Shown here: one piece after another, positions 44,479 to 55,911 of the stretch
Layout of the letters: each line of letters begins with the position of its first letter
Position numbering within the stretch: the stretch's first letter is position 1
Position numbers and translations under genes: made by a program
DNA from: Terriglobia bacterium
GTDB taxonomy: Bacteria; Acidobacteriota; Terriglobia; JAJPHL01; JAPKYU01
Length of the DNA stretch: 64,000 bases
NCBI GenBank assembly: GCA_965206645.1
Contig: CBDBKE010000002.1
Span: 160,001-224,000, forward strand
Direction: 5' to 3'
Notes under the pieces: generated by a model
Seen by the model: the letters and a program-made list of their open reading frames with translations, nothing else
Databases searched by the model: none
What the model was told of the DNA's origin: nothing

Positions 44479-45417
44479 ATGAGTACCGCCGATATCGAGA
44501 ACCTCATCGAGGCCATTGCCGCGGAGGTCTATCTTCGGCTGACTCACCCGAGCGTGGGTGGTGCCGCAGGCGCAGAGCGCAACGAACTGCAGTGCCCCAG
44601 CTGCCGGGGCGACTGTGCCTTCACCTGCCAGCATCGGACCGAGCGCATAGTAAGCGCCGGGGCCTGCCGCGTTTCGATGACGCCGCCGGTTCCGGCGGGA
44701 CTGGCGAGTGCCCTGGGCTTGGCCGCCCTGATTGATCACACTTTGCTGCGGCCCGAGGCAACCCAGGCCGACATCCTGCGCCTGTGCGACGAGGCACGCC
44801 AGCATGGCTTTGCCAGCGTCTGCGTCAACCCGTACTGGGTGCCGCGGGTGGCCGAGCGGATGCGCGGCACCCGGGTGAGGGTCGCGACCGTGGTGGGCTT
44901 TCCGCTGGGAGCCACACTGCCGGCGGTGAAGCGGCAGGAAGCGGCGCGAGCCATCCATGTTGGGGCGCAGGAAATTGATATGGTGGTCAACGTGGGCGCG
45001 TTGCGCTCTGGCGATCTGGAGAGCGTGCGGCTGGACATCGCCGGCGTGGTCGAGGTCAGTCACGCCGGCGGCGCCCCGGTCAAGGTGATCCTGGAGACGG
45101 CGCTGCTGGACGACGAGCAGAAGGTTGCCGGCTGCTTGCTGGCACAGGCGGCTGGCGCCGACTTTGTCAAGACCTCGACCGGCTTCGGCCCTGGTGGCGC
45201 CACGGTCTACGACGTCGAACTGATGCGCTTCGTCGTGGGCCAGAGCCTGGGGGTGAAGGCTGCGGGCGGAATTCGCACGCTGGAGGACATAGAGAGGATG
45301 GTGTCCGCTGGAGCCACTCGCATCGGCGCCAGCGCCAGCGTCAAGATCCTCGAGGAAGCCGCGGGTCGGATGCCCGCTCAGCCTCCCTCCGCTGCCGGCG
45401 CTCCGGCTCCCTATTAG
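44479..45417 (+). CDS. deoC: Deoxyribose-phosphate aldolase with N-terminal extension
   Basis: IDHTLL, VVGFPLG, EIDMV, KVILET, FVKTSTGF, VKAAGG, RIGAS. Confidence 0.95.
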   Translation: MSTADIENLIEAIAAEVYLRLTHPSVGGAAGAERNELQCPSCRGDCAFTCQHRTERIVSAGACRVSMTPPVPAGLASALGLAALIDHTLLRPEATQADILRLCDEARQHGFASVCVNPYWVPRVAERMRGTRVRVATVVGFPLGATLPAVKRQEAARAIHVGAQEIDMVVNVGALRSGDLESVRLDIAGVVEVSHAGGAPVKVILETALLDDEQKVAGCLLAQAAGADFVKTSTGFGPGGATVYDVELMRFVVGQSLGVKAAGGIRTLEDIERMVSAGATRIGASASVKILEEAAGRMPAQPPSAAGAPAPY

Positions 45418-45559
45418 AGGAAGCCTGCCATGGCCTGCTACGGCCTATTACTGTTTGTGGGACCCAATGGGAGGGGGCCGCAGTGGGAGGTGGCCGTCGG
45501 CTCAACAATGAGAATCAGTTCCCGGGAACACGTTTGAGTTAGTTTCCAGAGACGCAAAG

Positions 45560-47362
45560 ATGCCGAAGGAGCCCAGCTCGGTTTTCGACATCCGCTCGGA
45601 GCCGGAAACCCTCCAGTTCCTGCTGCAGGTAGCCGAGGTAGCCAACAGCTCGTTGGATCTGGATGAGCTGTTAGAGCGCATCGCGGACGTGATCCGGCAG
45701 GCGGTGGATTACGAGATCCTGGCCATCCTGCTGCTGGAGGAGAGCACCCAGGAGCTGGCGATCCGCTACGCGATCGGGCACAGCGAGGAAGTGGTGCGCT
45801 CGCTTCGTATTCAGGCCGGCCAGGGCATCACCGGAGCGGCCGTGGCGGAGCGGGTCCCGATTCTGGTCACCGACGTTCGCTCCGATGCCCGCTACATCCA
45901 GACGCGGGACGACGTGTGCTGCGAATTGGCCGTCCCCATGATCGTCCGGGATCGGGTGGTCGGCGTGATCGACCTGCAGTGCACGCAGGACGGCTGCCTC
46001 ACCGAGCGCCACCGCGACCTGCTCTCGGTGGTCGCCGACCGGCTGGGCCTGGCGGTGGAACACGCTCGGCTCTACCGTTCCACGCTGCAGCAGGCCCGTA
46101 CCCTGGCCACCCTCACCGAGATCAGCCAAGAGTTCTCTTCCATCCTGAACCTGGACGACTTGCTTCGGAAGATCGCCGAGCTGCTGCACCGCCTGATCGG
46201 CCACGACGGCTTCCATGTACTGCTGTTGGACCAGCCGCGCGGGCTGCTCCAGCTTTACCTGAGCCAGCCGCGCAATGAGCAGGAGTGGCAGAAGGGCACG
46301 GTTCCCCTGGGCAAGGGCGTCGTCGGGCGCGCCGTCGCCGAGCGCCGAAGCCTGCTGATTCCAGACGTGACGCTCGATGCGGGCTACCTCAACGTGAACC
46401 CGGAGACGCTTTCCGAGCTGGCTGTGCCGCTAGTGAGCAAGGAGCAAGTCATGGGGGTGCTGAACCTGGAAAGCAGACGCAGGGGCTTCTTCACCAGACA
46501 GCATCTGCAAATGGTCGAGCTGCTGGGGCCGCAGGTGGCCATCGCTATCGAGAACGCCCGCCTGTACCAGCAACTGGCCCTGAAAGAGGCCCGCATGGAG
46601 AGCGACCTGCGAGCCGCCCGCGAGTTAGCGTACAGCTTGCTGCCTCGCGACTTTCCAAAAATCCCCGGCCTCCAGCTTCACGCCCGATACGAGCCAGCAC
46701 GCGAGTTGGGCGGTGACCTCTACGACTTCCTCGAGTACAAGGATGAAGACAGCTCCTGCCGCGGGCTGGGCGTCTTTACCGGCGACGTCAGCGGCAAGGG
46801 TGCCCCGGCGGCCCTCTACGCCGCGCTCTCGCATGGCCTGCTGCGCACCCTAGCCTCCCGCTGCCAGCCGGTCGGGAGCATTCTGCACCAACTGAACCAG
46901 GCACTTTGCCAGCGCCGCGTCGCGGCGCGTTCCCTGGCCCTCTGCTATGCCTTCCTGGACCCCCAGGCCTGGACCTTGGACATCGCCAACGGCGGCTTGC
47001 CCCATCCGATCTTCTGCCAGGGAGGGAAGGTTCTGCCGGTGCGCGTGGAGGGCGTGCCGCTGGGACTGCTGGAGAACGTCGAGTATCAGGCGGACGCGTT
47101 CCAGTTGCGCCCCGGCGATATCGCCGTCTTTTACTCCGACGGCATCACGGAGAACCTGAACCGCGCCGGCGAGGAATTCGGGCGGCACCGTCTCCAGGAG
47201 CTGGTCTGCCGTTATTGCGCAGCAAGCGCCGAGGAACTGGTGGAGCGAATTTTCGAGGAGGCGCACCGCTGGGCGGCGTGGCAGGAGCCAGCAGACGACC
47301 GCACCGTGGTCGTGCTGAAGGTCGGCGAGAACAGCCCCGAGGGAGCGGCCCCATGCGCTTGA
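45560..47362 (+). CDS. GAF-GAF-SpoIIE (PP2C, RsbU-like) phosphatase
   Basis: Two GAF repeats, GGDLYD, GDVSGKG, YSDGITE, DDRT. Confidence 0.92.
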   Translation: MPKEPSSVFDIRSEPETLQFLLQVAEVANSSLDLDELLERIADVIRQAVDYEILAILLLEESTQELAIRYAIGHSEEVVRSLRIQAGQGITGAAVAERVPILVTDVRSDARYIQTRDDVCCELAVPMIVRDRVVGVIDLQCTQDGCLTERHRDLLSVVADRLGLAVEHARLYRSTLQQARTLATLTEISQEFSSILNLDDLLRKIAELLHRLIGHDGFHVLLLDQPRGLLQLYLSQPRNEQEWQKGTVPLGKGVVGRAVAERRSLLIPDVTLDAGYLNVNPETLSELAVPLVSKEQVMGVLNLESRRRGFFTRQHLQMVELLGPQVAIAIENARLYQQLALKEARMESDLRAARELAYSLLPRDFPKIPGLQLHARYEPARELGGDLYDFLEYKDEDSSCRGLGVFTGDVSGKGAPAALYAALSHGLLRTLASRCQPVGSILHQLNQALCQRRVAARSLALCYAFLDPQAWTLDIANGGLPHPIFCQGGKVLPVRVEGVPLGLLENVEYQADAFQLRPGDIAVFYSDGITENLNRAGEEFGRHRLQELVCRYCAASAEELVERIFEEAHRWAAWQEPADDRTVVVLKVGENSPEGAAPCA

Positions 47363-48612
47363 CCCACTTCCCTTACCGTACCGGCCGGCTCTACTGCGAG
47401 GACGTGCCAGCCGAGCAAATTGCCGCAGCCGTGGGCACGCCCGCCTACGTGTACAGCCGCGCCGCCATCGAGCACAACTTTCGCCGCTTTGACCGCGCCT
47501 TCGCCGACTATCCTCATCGTGTCTGCTATTCGGTCAAGGCCAATTCCAACCTGGCGGTTCTTGCGCTGTTAGCCCGGCTGGGCGCCGGCTTTGACATCGT
47601 CTCGGCGGGCGAGCTGCATCGTGTGCTGCGCGCCGGCGGCGATCCGCGCGGCGTGGTCTTCTCCGGCGTCGGCAAGACGGAGGCGGAGATGGACGCGGCG
47701 CTGGAAGCGGGCATCCATCTGTTTAACGCCGAGTCGGAAGACGAGCTGAAGCGACTCGCGAGACGCGCCCGGCAGTCCAAGCGCCGGGCGAGGGTCGGGC
47801 TGCGCGTGAACCCGGACGTGGACGCGGCAACCCATCCCTACATCGGTACCGGGCTGCGCCGGCACAAGTTCGGCGTCGAGTTTGCCCGCGCCGACGCCAT
47901 CTACCTGCGGGCCGCAAAACTGGCCGCGCTGGAGGTGGCCGGGATCAGCTGCCACATCGGCTCGCAAATTCTCGACGTGGCCCCGTTCCTGGAGGCGCTG
48001 GAGAAGCTGCTGGAGCTGGCCGAACGGCTACGCCGTCATGGGCTCGGCATTCGCTATCTGGATCTGGGCGGCGGTCTGGGCGTCCCTTACCGGCTCGGGG
48101 AAACCGGTCCGGATGTGGCCGAATTTGCCCGCCGGGTGGTGGAACTGATTCGCTCGGCAGGCCGCGACCGCTATCACATCCTTGTGGCCCCGGGACGCTC
48201 CATCGTGGGAGAGGCCGGCGTCTTGCTTACCCGAGTGCTCTACCGAAAACGCAACGGGGAGAAAAATTTCCTTGTCGTGGATGCGGCGATGAACGACCTG
48301 CTGCGGCCCGCCCTCTACGGCTCTTACCACGAAATCCGACCAGTCGTGAAAAACACCCGCCGCGAACTGGTGACGGACGTGGTTGGCCCGGTATGCGAGA
48401 CCGGAGACTTTTTCGCCCAGGACCGCCACCTCCCGGCTGCGCGTCCCGGAGAGCTGCTGGCGGTGTTCACCACTGGTGCCTACGTCGCCTCGCTGGCCTC
48501 CAACTACAACTCGCGCCCCCGTATCCCGGAAGTGCTGGTGGGTGGCAAGACCTTTCGCGTGGTGCGCGAGCGCGAAACCTACGAGGACCTGATCCGCCTG
48601 GAACGCCGTTAA
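47353..48612 (+). CDS. lysA: Diaminopimelate decarboxylase
   Basis: YSVKANSN, HIGSQ, DLGGG, GPVCETGD, NYNSRP; ATG at 47353. Confidence 0.96.
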   Translation: MRLTHFPYRTGRLYCEDVPAEQIAAAVGTPAYVYSRAAIEHNFRRFDRAFADYPHRVCYSVKANSNLAVLALLARLGAGFDIVSAGELHRVLRAGGDPRGVVFSGVGKTEAEMDAALEAGIHLFNAESEDELKRLARRARQSKRRARVGLRVNPDVDAATHPYIGTGLRRHKFGVEFARADAIYLRAAKLAALEVAGISCHIGSQILDVAPFLEALEKLLELAERLRRHGLGIRYLDLGGGLGVPYRLGETGPDVAEFARRVVELIRSAGRDRYHILVAPGRSIVGEAGVLLTRVLYRKRNGEKNFLVVDAAMNDLLRPALYGSYHEIRPVVKNTRRELVTDVVGPVCETGDFFAQDRHLPAARPGELLAVFTTGAYVASLASNYNSRPRIPEVLVGGKTFRVVRERETYEDLIRLERR

Positions 48613-48716
48613 CGAAGCTAGATGGGGCTAGCGTCTCGGCGGCCCACTGTGGGACACCAGCGCGAAGCCGGCGCTTACGAAAGCTCCGTTTGTGTCAGGA
48701 GGTGGCGCCGGCAGTT

Positions 48717-48758
48717 CGGGCCAGCGCGCGCAGGATGCCGCGGGTGGGTTGAAATCCT
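48717..48758 (+). repeat. Direct repeat copy 1 (duplicated 3' end of the cNMP-binding gene)
   Basis: CGGGCCAGCGCGCGCAGGATGCCGCGGGTG-GGTTGAAATCCT matches 52737..52779. Confidence 0.85.
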
Positions 48759-49758
48759 GCCAGCAAAGTGACCGCAAAGCGCGGATTGGCGCCTTGCTCC
48801 AAATATTCGGCGTAGCACCATTCCGTAGCACCATTCCTACGATGAGCACCTCCGTACCAGAAGCGAGCCCAGGAACCTACGCGGGCCTTTTCCTTGTGAC
48901 GCTCGCTACCTTGCTCTACGAGGTGCTGCTGACACGAATTTTCAGTGTCACGATGTGGTACCACTTCGCCTTTATGGCTGTTTCGCTGGCCCTGTTCGGT
49001 CTGACGGTGGGCGGACTCCTGGTTTATTTGCGGCCGAACTACTTTACGCCCGGGCGGGCCCACTTGCATCTGGCGGGAGGCTCGTTGATGTTCGGCATAC
49101 TCGCCATCGTCAGTTTTTTCATTCACGTCCGCTTGCCGTTCAACACGCCGACGTCCCTTTACCCACTCCTCTCCATAGCGGTTTCCTACGCCGTCATCGC
49201 AGTGCCGTTCGTATTCAGCGGCATCAGCGTTAGTGCGGCGCTGACAAAATTTCCGGCGCAGATCAGTAAACTTTACGCCGTCAACCTGGCGGGGGCGGCT
49301 GCCGGCTGCATTGTGTTCATCTACACTCTTCGGATTACGGACGGTCCGACGGCGGTCTTCGTAGTCGCGCTTTTGGCCTCGTTCAGCGCTACTTCCTTCG
49401 CGAGTTAGCTCGACAGTCGCGGACTGTTCAGGTTGGCCGTTATCTTCAGCATTGTTTTTGCTGCCTTTACGGTTGTCAACACAATCCTGGTGTGGAAGCA
49501 GCGTCCCTTGGTGCGCCTGCAACAGGTGAAGGGTGTGGCAGACTTTGCACCACTGTATGAAAAGTGGAATTCGTTTTCGCGCATCACCGTGACCGGTGAT
49601 CCCCACGGTTATGAGGAACCGTTCCTCTCGGGACCGAGTCCCACTTATCCCACTCGCCGTCGGGTGAGACAACTTTACTTAACAATCGACGCGAGCGCTT
49701 TAACCACTCTGACCGCGTTTGACGGTAATTTCGACCAGCTGGACTATCTTCGGCATGA

Positions 49759-51038
49759 TGACCTGCCTGGCGATTTCCGGACCAGCTGAAGCCTGAGAGA
49801 ATGGCGCCCTCGGAGAAACGAGGGAGCCATGAAGAAGACCCGGTTTACCGAAGAGCAGATGGTGACGATCCTCCGCGAGGCCGATCAGCGGCCCGTTCCG
49901 GAGGTGGCCAAAAAGAACGGCGTCAGCGCCCAGACGCTCTACGCCTGGCGGAAACACTTCGGCACGTTGGAGCCCGCCGATGTGAAGCGGCTGCGGCAGC
50001 TCGAGCAGGAGAACGGCCGGCTGAAAAAGATGGTGGCCGATCGAGATCTGGAGATCGACGTGCTCAAGGAGATCACCCGAAAAAAATGGTAGGCGCACGC
50101 GTGCGCCGGCCGCAGGTCGCGTATGCACGTGCACGCGGTCTGTCGGGTCGCCGCGCGTGCGCCTTGCTCTCCGTCGCACGGTCCACGCTGGGCTACCAGT
50201 CGCGGCTGGTCGACCGGGATGCCCCGGCGCTGGCCGCGATGCGTCGTCTGGCGGCGCAGTATCCGCGGTACGGCTATCGCCGGATTCGGATTTTCCTAAA
50301 ACGCGAAGGGCACACGATGAGCACGGACCGGACCCATCGCCTCTGGCGCCAGGCGGGGTTGCAGGTGCCTCGGCGGCGGCCGCGGCGCCGGGTCGCCCTG
50401 AGCCGGCCCCGCCCGGTGCCCGCCACTGCGGTCAATCACGTCTGGGCGTACGACTTCGTGTTCGACACCTGCGCGAATGGGCAGACGCTCAAGTGCCTCA
50501 CCGTCGTCGACGAATGGACCCGCGAGTCACTCGCGATCGACGTGGCCGGCGGCATTCGGTCCGGGCGCGTTATCGAGGTGCTCACGCAGCTCGTGAGCGT
50601 CCACGGAGCCCCACGTTACCTCCGGTCCGACAACGGCCCCGAGTTTGTCGCGGGTGCGATTCTCCGGTGGCTGCTCCAGGCGCAGATCGAAACCGCGCTC
50701 ATCGAGCCGGGCAAGCCGTGGCAGAATGCGACCGACGAATCGTTCAACGGGAAGTTCCGCGACGAGTATCTGAGCCTGCAGTGGTTTCGGAACCGCGTGG
50801 ACGCGAAGGTGGGGATCGAGCAATGGCGACGGCACTACAACGACGTGCGACCGCACTCGAGCCTTGGCTATCTGACGCCAGCCGAGTTCAAAGCGCAGCT
50901 CCGTGCTGGCTCGGATGACGGTGGGCGCTCGCCGGCGATGCCGGCTCACGCTGACCAAGAAGAACACGAGAGCGACTTAACCATGCCGACTGGCGCTGTT
51001 CTCCAGTAATCGGTGGTCCGAAGAAAGCCGGCAGGTCA
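49759..51038 (+). mobile_element. IS3-family insertion sequence (IS407-group-like), 1280 bp
   Basis: TG...CA ends with imperfect IRs TGACCTGCC...CGGACCA; 4-bp target duplication ATGA at 49755-49758 and 51039-51042. Confidence 0.95.
49829..51009 (+). CDS. IS3 transposase OrfAB (programmed -1 frameshift)
   Basis: OrfA 49829..50092 (KTRFTEEQ HTH), A7 run at 50080-50086, OrfB with WAYDF, SDNGPEF and ESFNG DDE motifs. Confidence 0.93.
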
Positions 51039-52714
51039 ATGACATCACCAATTTTGTGCACTACATCAGGCCGGAGTCCAGAGTGTTTATTGTGGGCGCG
51101 GGAGGCGGAAGAGACATCCTCTCGGCCCTGGTGTTCGGGCAGAAGTCGGTTTTAGCCGTCGAGATCAACGAGGATATTATTGACGCAGTCAATGGTCGGT
51201 TCGGGGACTTCACCGGTCATCTCGACCGGATTCCCCGTGTCACGTTCGTCAACGATGAGGCCCGGAGCTACATTGCCAGGCACCAGGAACAGTTTGATAT
51301 TATTCAAGCTTCCCTGACTGACACCTGGGCGGCAACGGCTGGCGGCGCTTTCGTGCTGACTGAAAATTCGCTTTACACCGTCGAGGCCTGGAAACTTTTC
51401 TTCGACCGAACGACCAGCCGTGGAGTTCTCAGCTTCTCCCGCTGGCATCATCGTGATTATCCAGTTGAGCTGTATCGACTCACCTCCTTGGCCTCTGCGT
51501 CATTGGCGCAAACCGGAGTGGAGGATCCCCGGAAGCACATTGTCATCGTAAGGCATCTCCCCGCGGCCCAAGTGGAGGCCGGAATCGGCACGATGCTGGT
51601 GAGCAAGGTGCCGTTTACTCCGGAAGACCTGGAGACCATCGAAGATGTGTCTCGGAAGCTCAGGTTCGAGGTGGTTCTCAGTCCGAGATTCTCTCTCGAC
51701 ACCACCTTTGCAACACTGGCTACAGGAAAAGGACTGGATCAGTTGGCTGCCACTTTCCCTTTCAATATCGCGCCGCCCACGGATGATAGCCCTTTCTTCT
51801 TTCAAGTGTCGCGGCTTCGTGATGTTAGCAACTTGAAGCTGCGGCAGCTGAACCCGTCGCGGTATCTGACCGCAGGAACGCTGATCCTGGGAATTCTGCT
51901 CATCACTGTGCTGGTGCTGACTTGCCTTGCGATTGTTGTCCCGCTTTGGCTGGCCCGCGGCCAGGCGCCACTCAAGGATGCGATTCCACTGCTTCTGTTC
52001 TTCGGCGCTATAGGATTTGGCTACATGTTGGTGGGAATTTCACAAATGCAGAGGCTCATTATTTTTCTCGGACATCCGACTTACAGCCTTTCCGTTGTCC
52101 TCTTTACCATGCTTTCGTCCAGTGGCGTGGGTAGCTTCCTTACAAGGAAGCTCGACAACCCAGATTTGGAAAAATCAGGGCAGCGCCGTCTTCTCTTGCT
52201 GCTCTGCACTCTGGTGCTTTTTGGGTTGCTCGCGCCGCAATTCATTCGCCTGTTCCACGACTCCGTCACGCCAGTCCGAATTCTGGTGGCGAGTGCAATC
52301 CTCTGCCCGATTGGACTGTTCATGGGGATGGCCTTCCCTCTCGGAATGAAGGCAGCCTCCAAGGGGTATGCCGAGTTGACACCCTGGCTGTGGGGAATCA
52401 ACGGAGCTACCTCGGTATGCGCCTCGGTGCTTGCGGTCGCGATCGCTCTGCAGTTCGGCATTTCCAAGGCTTACTGGAGCGGCTTTGCATGGTACTTGGT
52501 CGCTTTTCTGGCCTTCGCTTGGATAGTGCGAACAAAGCGCCAAGGATTTCCCTAAGCTGGCATGGTAGGCTTTTCGTAAACGGCATCCCGGCTACCGGCC
52601 GAGCCACTGCCGCGCTACAGTAGCCGAGTCCGATCACCGCATGTTTGCCGGCAGGCATCCCCGGCGCTCTCGGGCGTCCGGGTCCCCTGCTCTCTCTCCC
52701 CGACGCCTTCCACG

Positions 52715-53125
52715 TTAGGGGGCAGTGGCCGCCGACCGGGCCAGCGCGCGCAGGATGCCGCGGGTGAGGTTGAAGTCCTCGGCCATGGCGTCGTAGAACT
52801 CCTGCTGGTCCAGTTGCAGCGCGAGGGTCGGCTGGGTGGCCCTGGCCGAGTCCGGCTGGGGCTGATCGGCCAGCATGGCGAGTGCCCCCACCTCGGAAGG
52901 GGGGGCCAGCTTTTCCGTCTCCTGTCCATTCCGCAGCAGGACCACTTCGCCCTCCATCAAGGTAAACATACTTTCGGCGGCGTCGTTCTCCCGGTACAGC
53001 AGACTGCCCGCCTCATAGCGAACCTCTTGGGCCAAAGCTGCCAGCCGGGCCAGGCTTTCGGTAGGGACCTCATGGAAGAGGGGGACTTTCTGCAGGATAT
53101 TCACCTTCTCGAGGACAGTCAGCAT
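52715..53125 (-). CDS. Cyclic-nucleotide-binding domain protein
   Basis: EKVNILQKVPLF, cNMP barrel, degenerate phosphate cassette (GALAML...PDS). Confidence 0.85.
   Translation of the reverse strand: MLTVLEKVNILQKVPLFHEVPTESLARLAALAQEVRYEAGSLLYRENDAAESMFTLMEGEVVLLRNGQETEKLAPPSEVGALAMLADQPQPDSARATQPTLALQLDQQEFYDAMAEDFNLTRGILRALARSAATAP
52737..52779 (+). repeat. Direct repeat copy 2 (inside the 3' end of the cNMP gene)
   Basis: Near-identical to 48717..48758. Confidence 0.85.
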
Positions 53126-53143
53126 GGCGATCCTTAAGTGGCC

Positions 53144-55644
53144 TCAGCTAGTGGCAGCAGGAGCCAGCCGGGCGTTGGTCCACTGCCAGGTCTCTTCGAG
53201 CAGCGCATCGCCGGCGCGGGAGACGTGGGGTAGGTCGGCGGACAGCTCTGCCAGACGAGCTTCGCCGACCGCGTGCAGGGCGCAGGCGCGCAGCCAGCGG
53301 TCCTCCGAGTGGAGCAGGATGCGCAGGGCCTCGGCTGCTGAGTCCACGCTGGTGCGGACAAGCTGGCGGGCAAAGCCAAGCTTCTGCTGCAAGGTCATCT
53401 CGGGATCCAGCACGTAGGCCAGCGGGCGGTAGAGGTCGGTGCGGAGCAGGTTTTCCAGCACCTCCAGGGCGTTGGCCTGGAGCTGGGGGCGCGGAGAGGC
53501 CAACCCGACAAAGGCGTTGTGGATGTCGCGGGGCGGATACAGTAGAGCCAGCAGGCGGAAGATGCGCTCCAGTTCGTGATCCATGCGCTCGCGCAAAGCT
53601 CGGGAGAGCAATGGTTCGCTGCCCGGGGCCCGCGATGCGGTGCTGGCGCGTGGGTCCACGGCAGCCAGGATCTGGAAGGAGCGGTAGTAGCCCATCAGCT
53701 CGGCCCGCAGCACGTCTTCGCGCTCCGCGTTGGGCACCAACAGCGCCGGATGCGAGCGGCGAAGTTTATTCATGGCTTTCAGCACGTCATAGCGCAGCCC
53801 GGGCTCGCCTTGGATGAGGCTGCTGGCCAGCACCGCGGCCGCCTGCTGGCTGGGGATGCTGGCCAACACGCCAGGGATTTGCTTGCGGACGGGCAGCGGG
53901 ACGTCCTCGTCGTTGAGGTGGTCCTGCAAGGTGCCCACAGCGCGCTCGCCGTACTGAGCTAGAGCAGCGCGGGCGGCGGAGGCCAGGCGGCGCCGTCCCA
54001 GCTTCTCAATGATCAGCGGCAGGTACTCAAAGCGTTGGATGTTGCCGGCGCTCAGCAGCGCGTGCCCGGCCACATCAGGGTCGTCATCACGCAACAGGTT
54101 CAATAGCTCGGAGTGAAGGGGAGAGGGCGCCGGAATTGTCCCCAGCACGCGGGCAGCTTCGGTGCGCGCGCGCGCTGGCGAACGGCAGGCGAGAGATGTC
54201 CGAGCAAACCGCGGAGCATGGGGTGGTGGCCGGGCTGGCCCCCCACCTCAAACAGGCTTAGCCCGTACAAGATTTGCTGCTCGTCGCCCTGTTCCAGTGC
54301 CAGCGCCAGCACCCCGGTCGTGGTGGCGTCCAGTATGCCGGTAGCGGTGCGTTCCGGATCCAGGGCGTGACGCTCGATGGCCCGCCGCAGCACGTTCAGG
54401 TATTCTTGCCGGACACCGTACGCGATGCCGATCCAGCCCGTCAGGAAGACAAAGTTAACCACGCTGATGCGGCCGGGACTGAAGTGCAGCAGGTTGGCGA
54501 AAACCCACAGCACCAGGCCCGCTGCCCCGTCGGCGACCCGGTACATAAAAATGTCGAGAAACGACTTGATCTGGCTCTTGATGTCGGGCGCCATGGGCAG
54601 GTAGAGCAGTTCGGTGCTGGAGCGATCCAGGGAGTAGAGCAGCAGATTGTGGCTGCCGCGGAGCACCACCACCGAAACCAGGGTGGGAACCAACAACACG
54701 AGCATGCTTCCCGCCAAATACACGAAAGGCAGGATCAGCAGGGTGACCCGGATGCCCAGGGAGCGTAGCAAACGTCCGGTCAGAATCAGTTGCAGCAAGA
54801 AGGAAGCCACGCCCATGTAGCCGTAGAATTGGCCGAAGAAAGCGGTCAGCGCAGCCTTGTCCGTCCCGTAATGGGCCTTGGCAATGACCTTGAATTGATA
54901 GCCAATGATGGTGGTGGACACCGAGCCAATCACGATCAGCGCGGTAATCAGCAGCAAATAGCGGGAGCCACGAAGCAGCGCCAGGCTCTCGAGGAGGTTC
55001 TTCGGGGACTGCTCGCCCGCGCTCGGGGTCGCATCCAGGCCAGCAAGCCGTCGCCGCGTCTTCCCGAACAAGATCTTGACCAGCGGCATGCACATTCCCA
55101 GCGAAACGGCCATGGCCAGCAGCAGCGTCTCGGAGCGCACGTACCGTGTCGCCGCATTCGTAAAGAAGCCGCCGAAAATCCCGCCCAGGATGGCGCCGGC
55201 GCCGATGAAGCCAAAGACTCTCCGGGCTTGCCGCGTGGTCAGCACGTAGTTGGCCATCGTCCATCCCGTCGCCGTGCCCACCACCGCCGCCGTGTACACC
55301 CAAAGGTAAATCAGCACGTAAACGAACTTGCCGGGCAGGTGCGTCAGCCACCAAAACAAGAGAAAAGACAGGGAAAAGAACAGAAGCGATCCGGTGATCA
55401 ACCGTTCCAGCCGTAGCCGGTGCGACAGGCGGATGTAGACCCAAACGAAGAGGCCGCTCGACAGCGCCGTACCCATAATCACGTGGGGCAGGTAATTGGG
55501 AAAAGCGTTCAGGAACAGGGCGTCGCCCACCGACTGCCCCATCATGTAGAAGGCGATCACCAGAAACAGGTAGAGGAACAGCAGCAGGGCCGGCGCGAAC
55601 TCGTGGCGGCGCACGTTTAGCGCTTTTTCAAGGTAGCCGATCAT
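53144..55644 (-). pseudogene. Npt1/Npt2 (TLC) nucleotide transporter-like domain fused to HEAT repeats; frame break near 54165-54175
   Basis: Multi-TM MFS-like domain (QARRVFGFIG.G...GG, YSLDRSSTELLYLP) followed by HEAT-like repeats; the frame switches at a CG dinucleotide run. Confidence 0.75.
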
Positions 55645-55911
55645 GACCGTCGGGAGGCACAAGGCCGGGCCGCGGTGGTGGAAATCCGGAATGGACGCTT
55701 TACCACAATAGAGGCCCGTTCGTGGCGTCGGCGTCAATCTAATCTGCTCCCTTTTGGATTGCAAGTGTATCCTGAGTCCAAGTTGCCACTTCGGCTGGCA
55801 GCTTTCGCCGGTGCCGCTGAGCCAGGTAGAAGTCCAGCGTTGCCGGACGACGCCAAAGGCGAGTAAAGTTCATCCCAGCAGGCAGACCTGCGCAGTTTCA
55901 GGAAGAGCTCG

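Larger units (their letters stand above)
48842..52555 (+). pseudogene. Membrane-fused spermidine-synthase-like/SAM-binding protein, disrupted by an in-frame TAG (49406-49408) and an IS3 insertion
   Basis: TM domain, KWNSFSRI, GAGGGRD, VEIN, DEARSY, TDDSPFFF, WLWGING. Removing the IS and one ATGA restores LRHDITNFVHYIRP. Confidence 0.85.

Noticed and set aside
49406-49408. In-frame TAG as pyrrolysine or alternative-code read-through
   Set aside because: TAG ends many normal genes here, no pyl genes are seen, and the gene is also IS-disrupted
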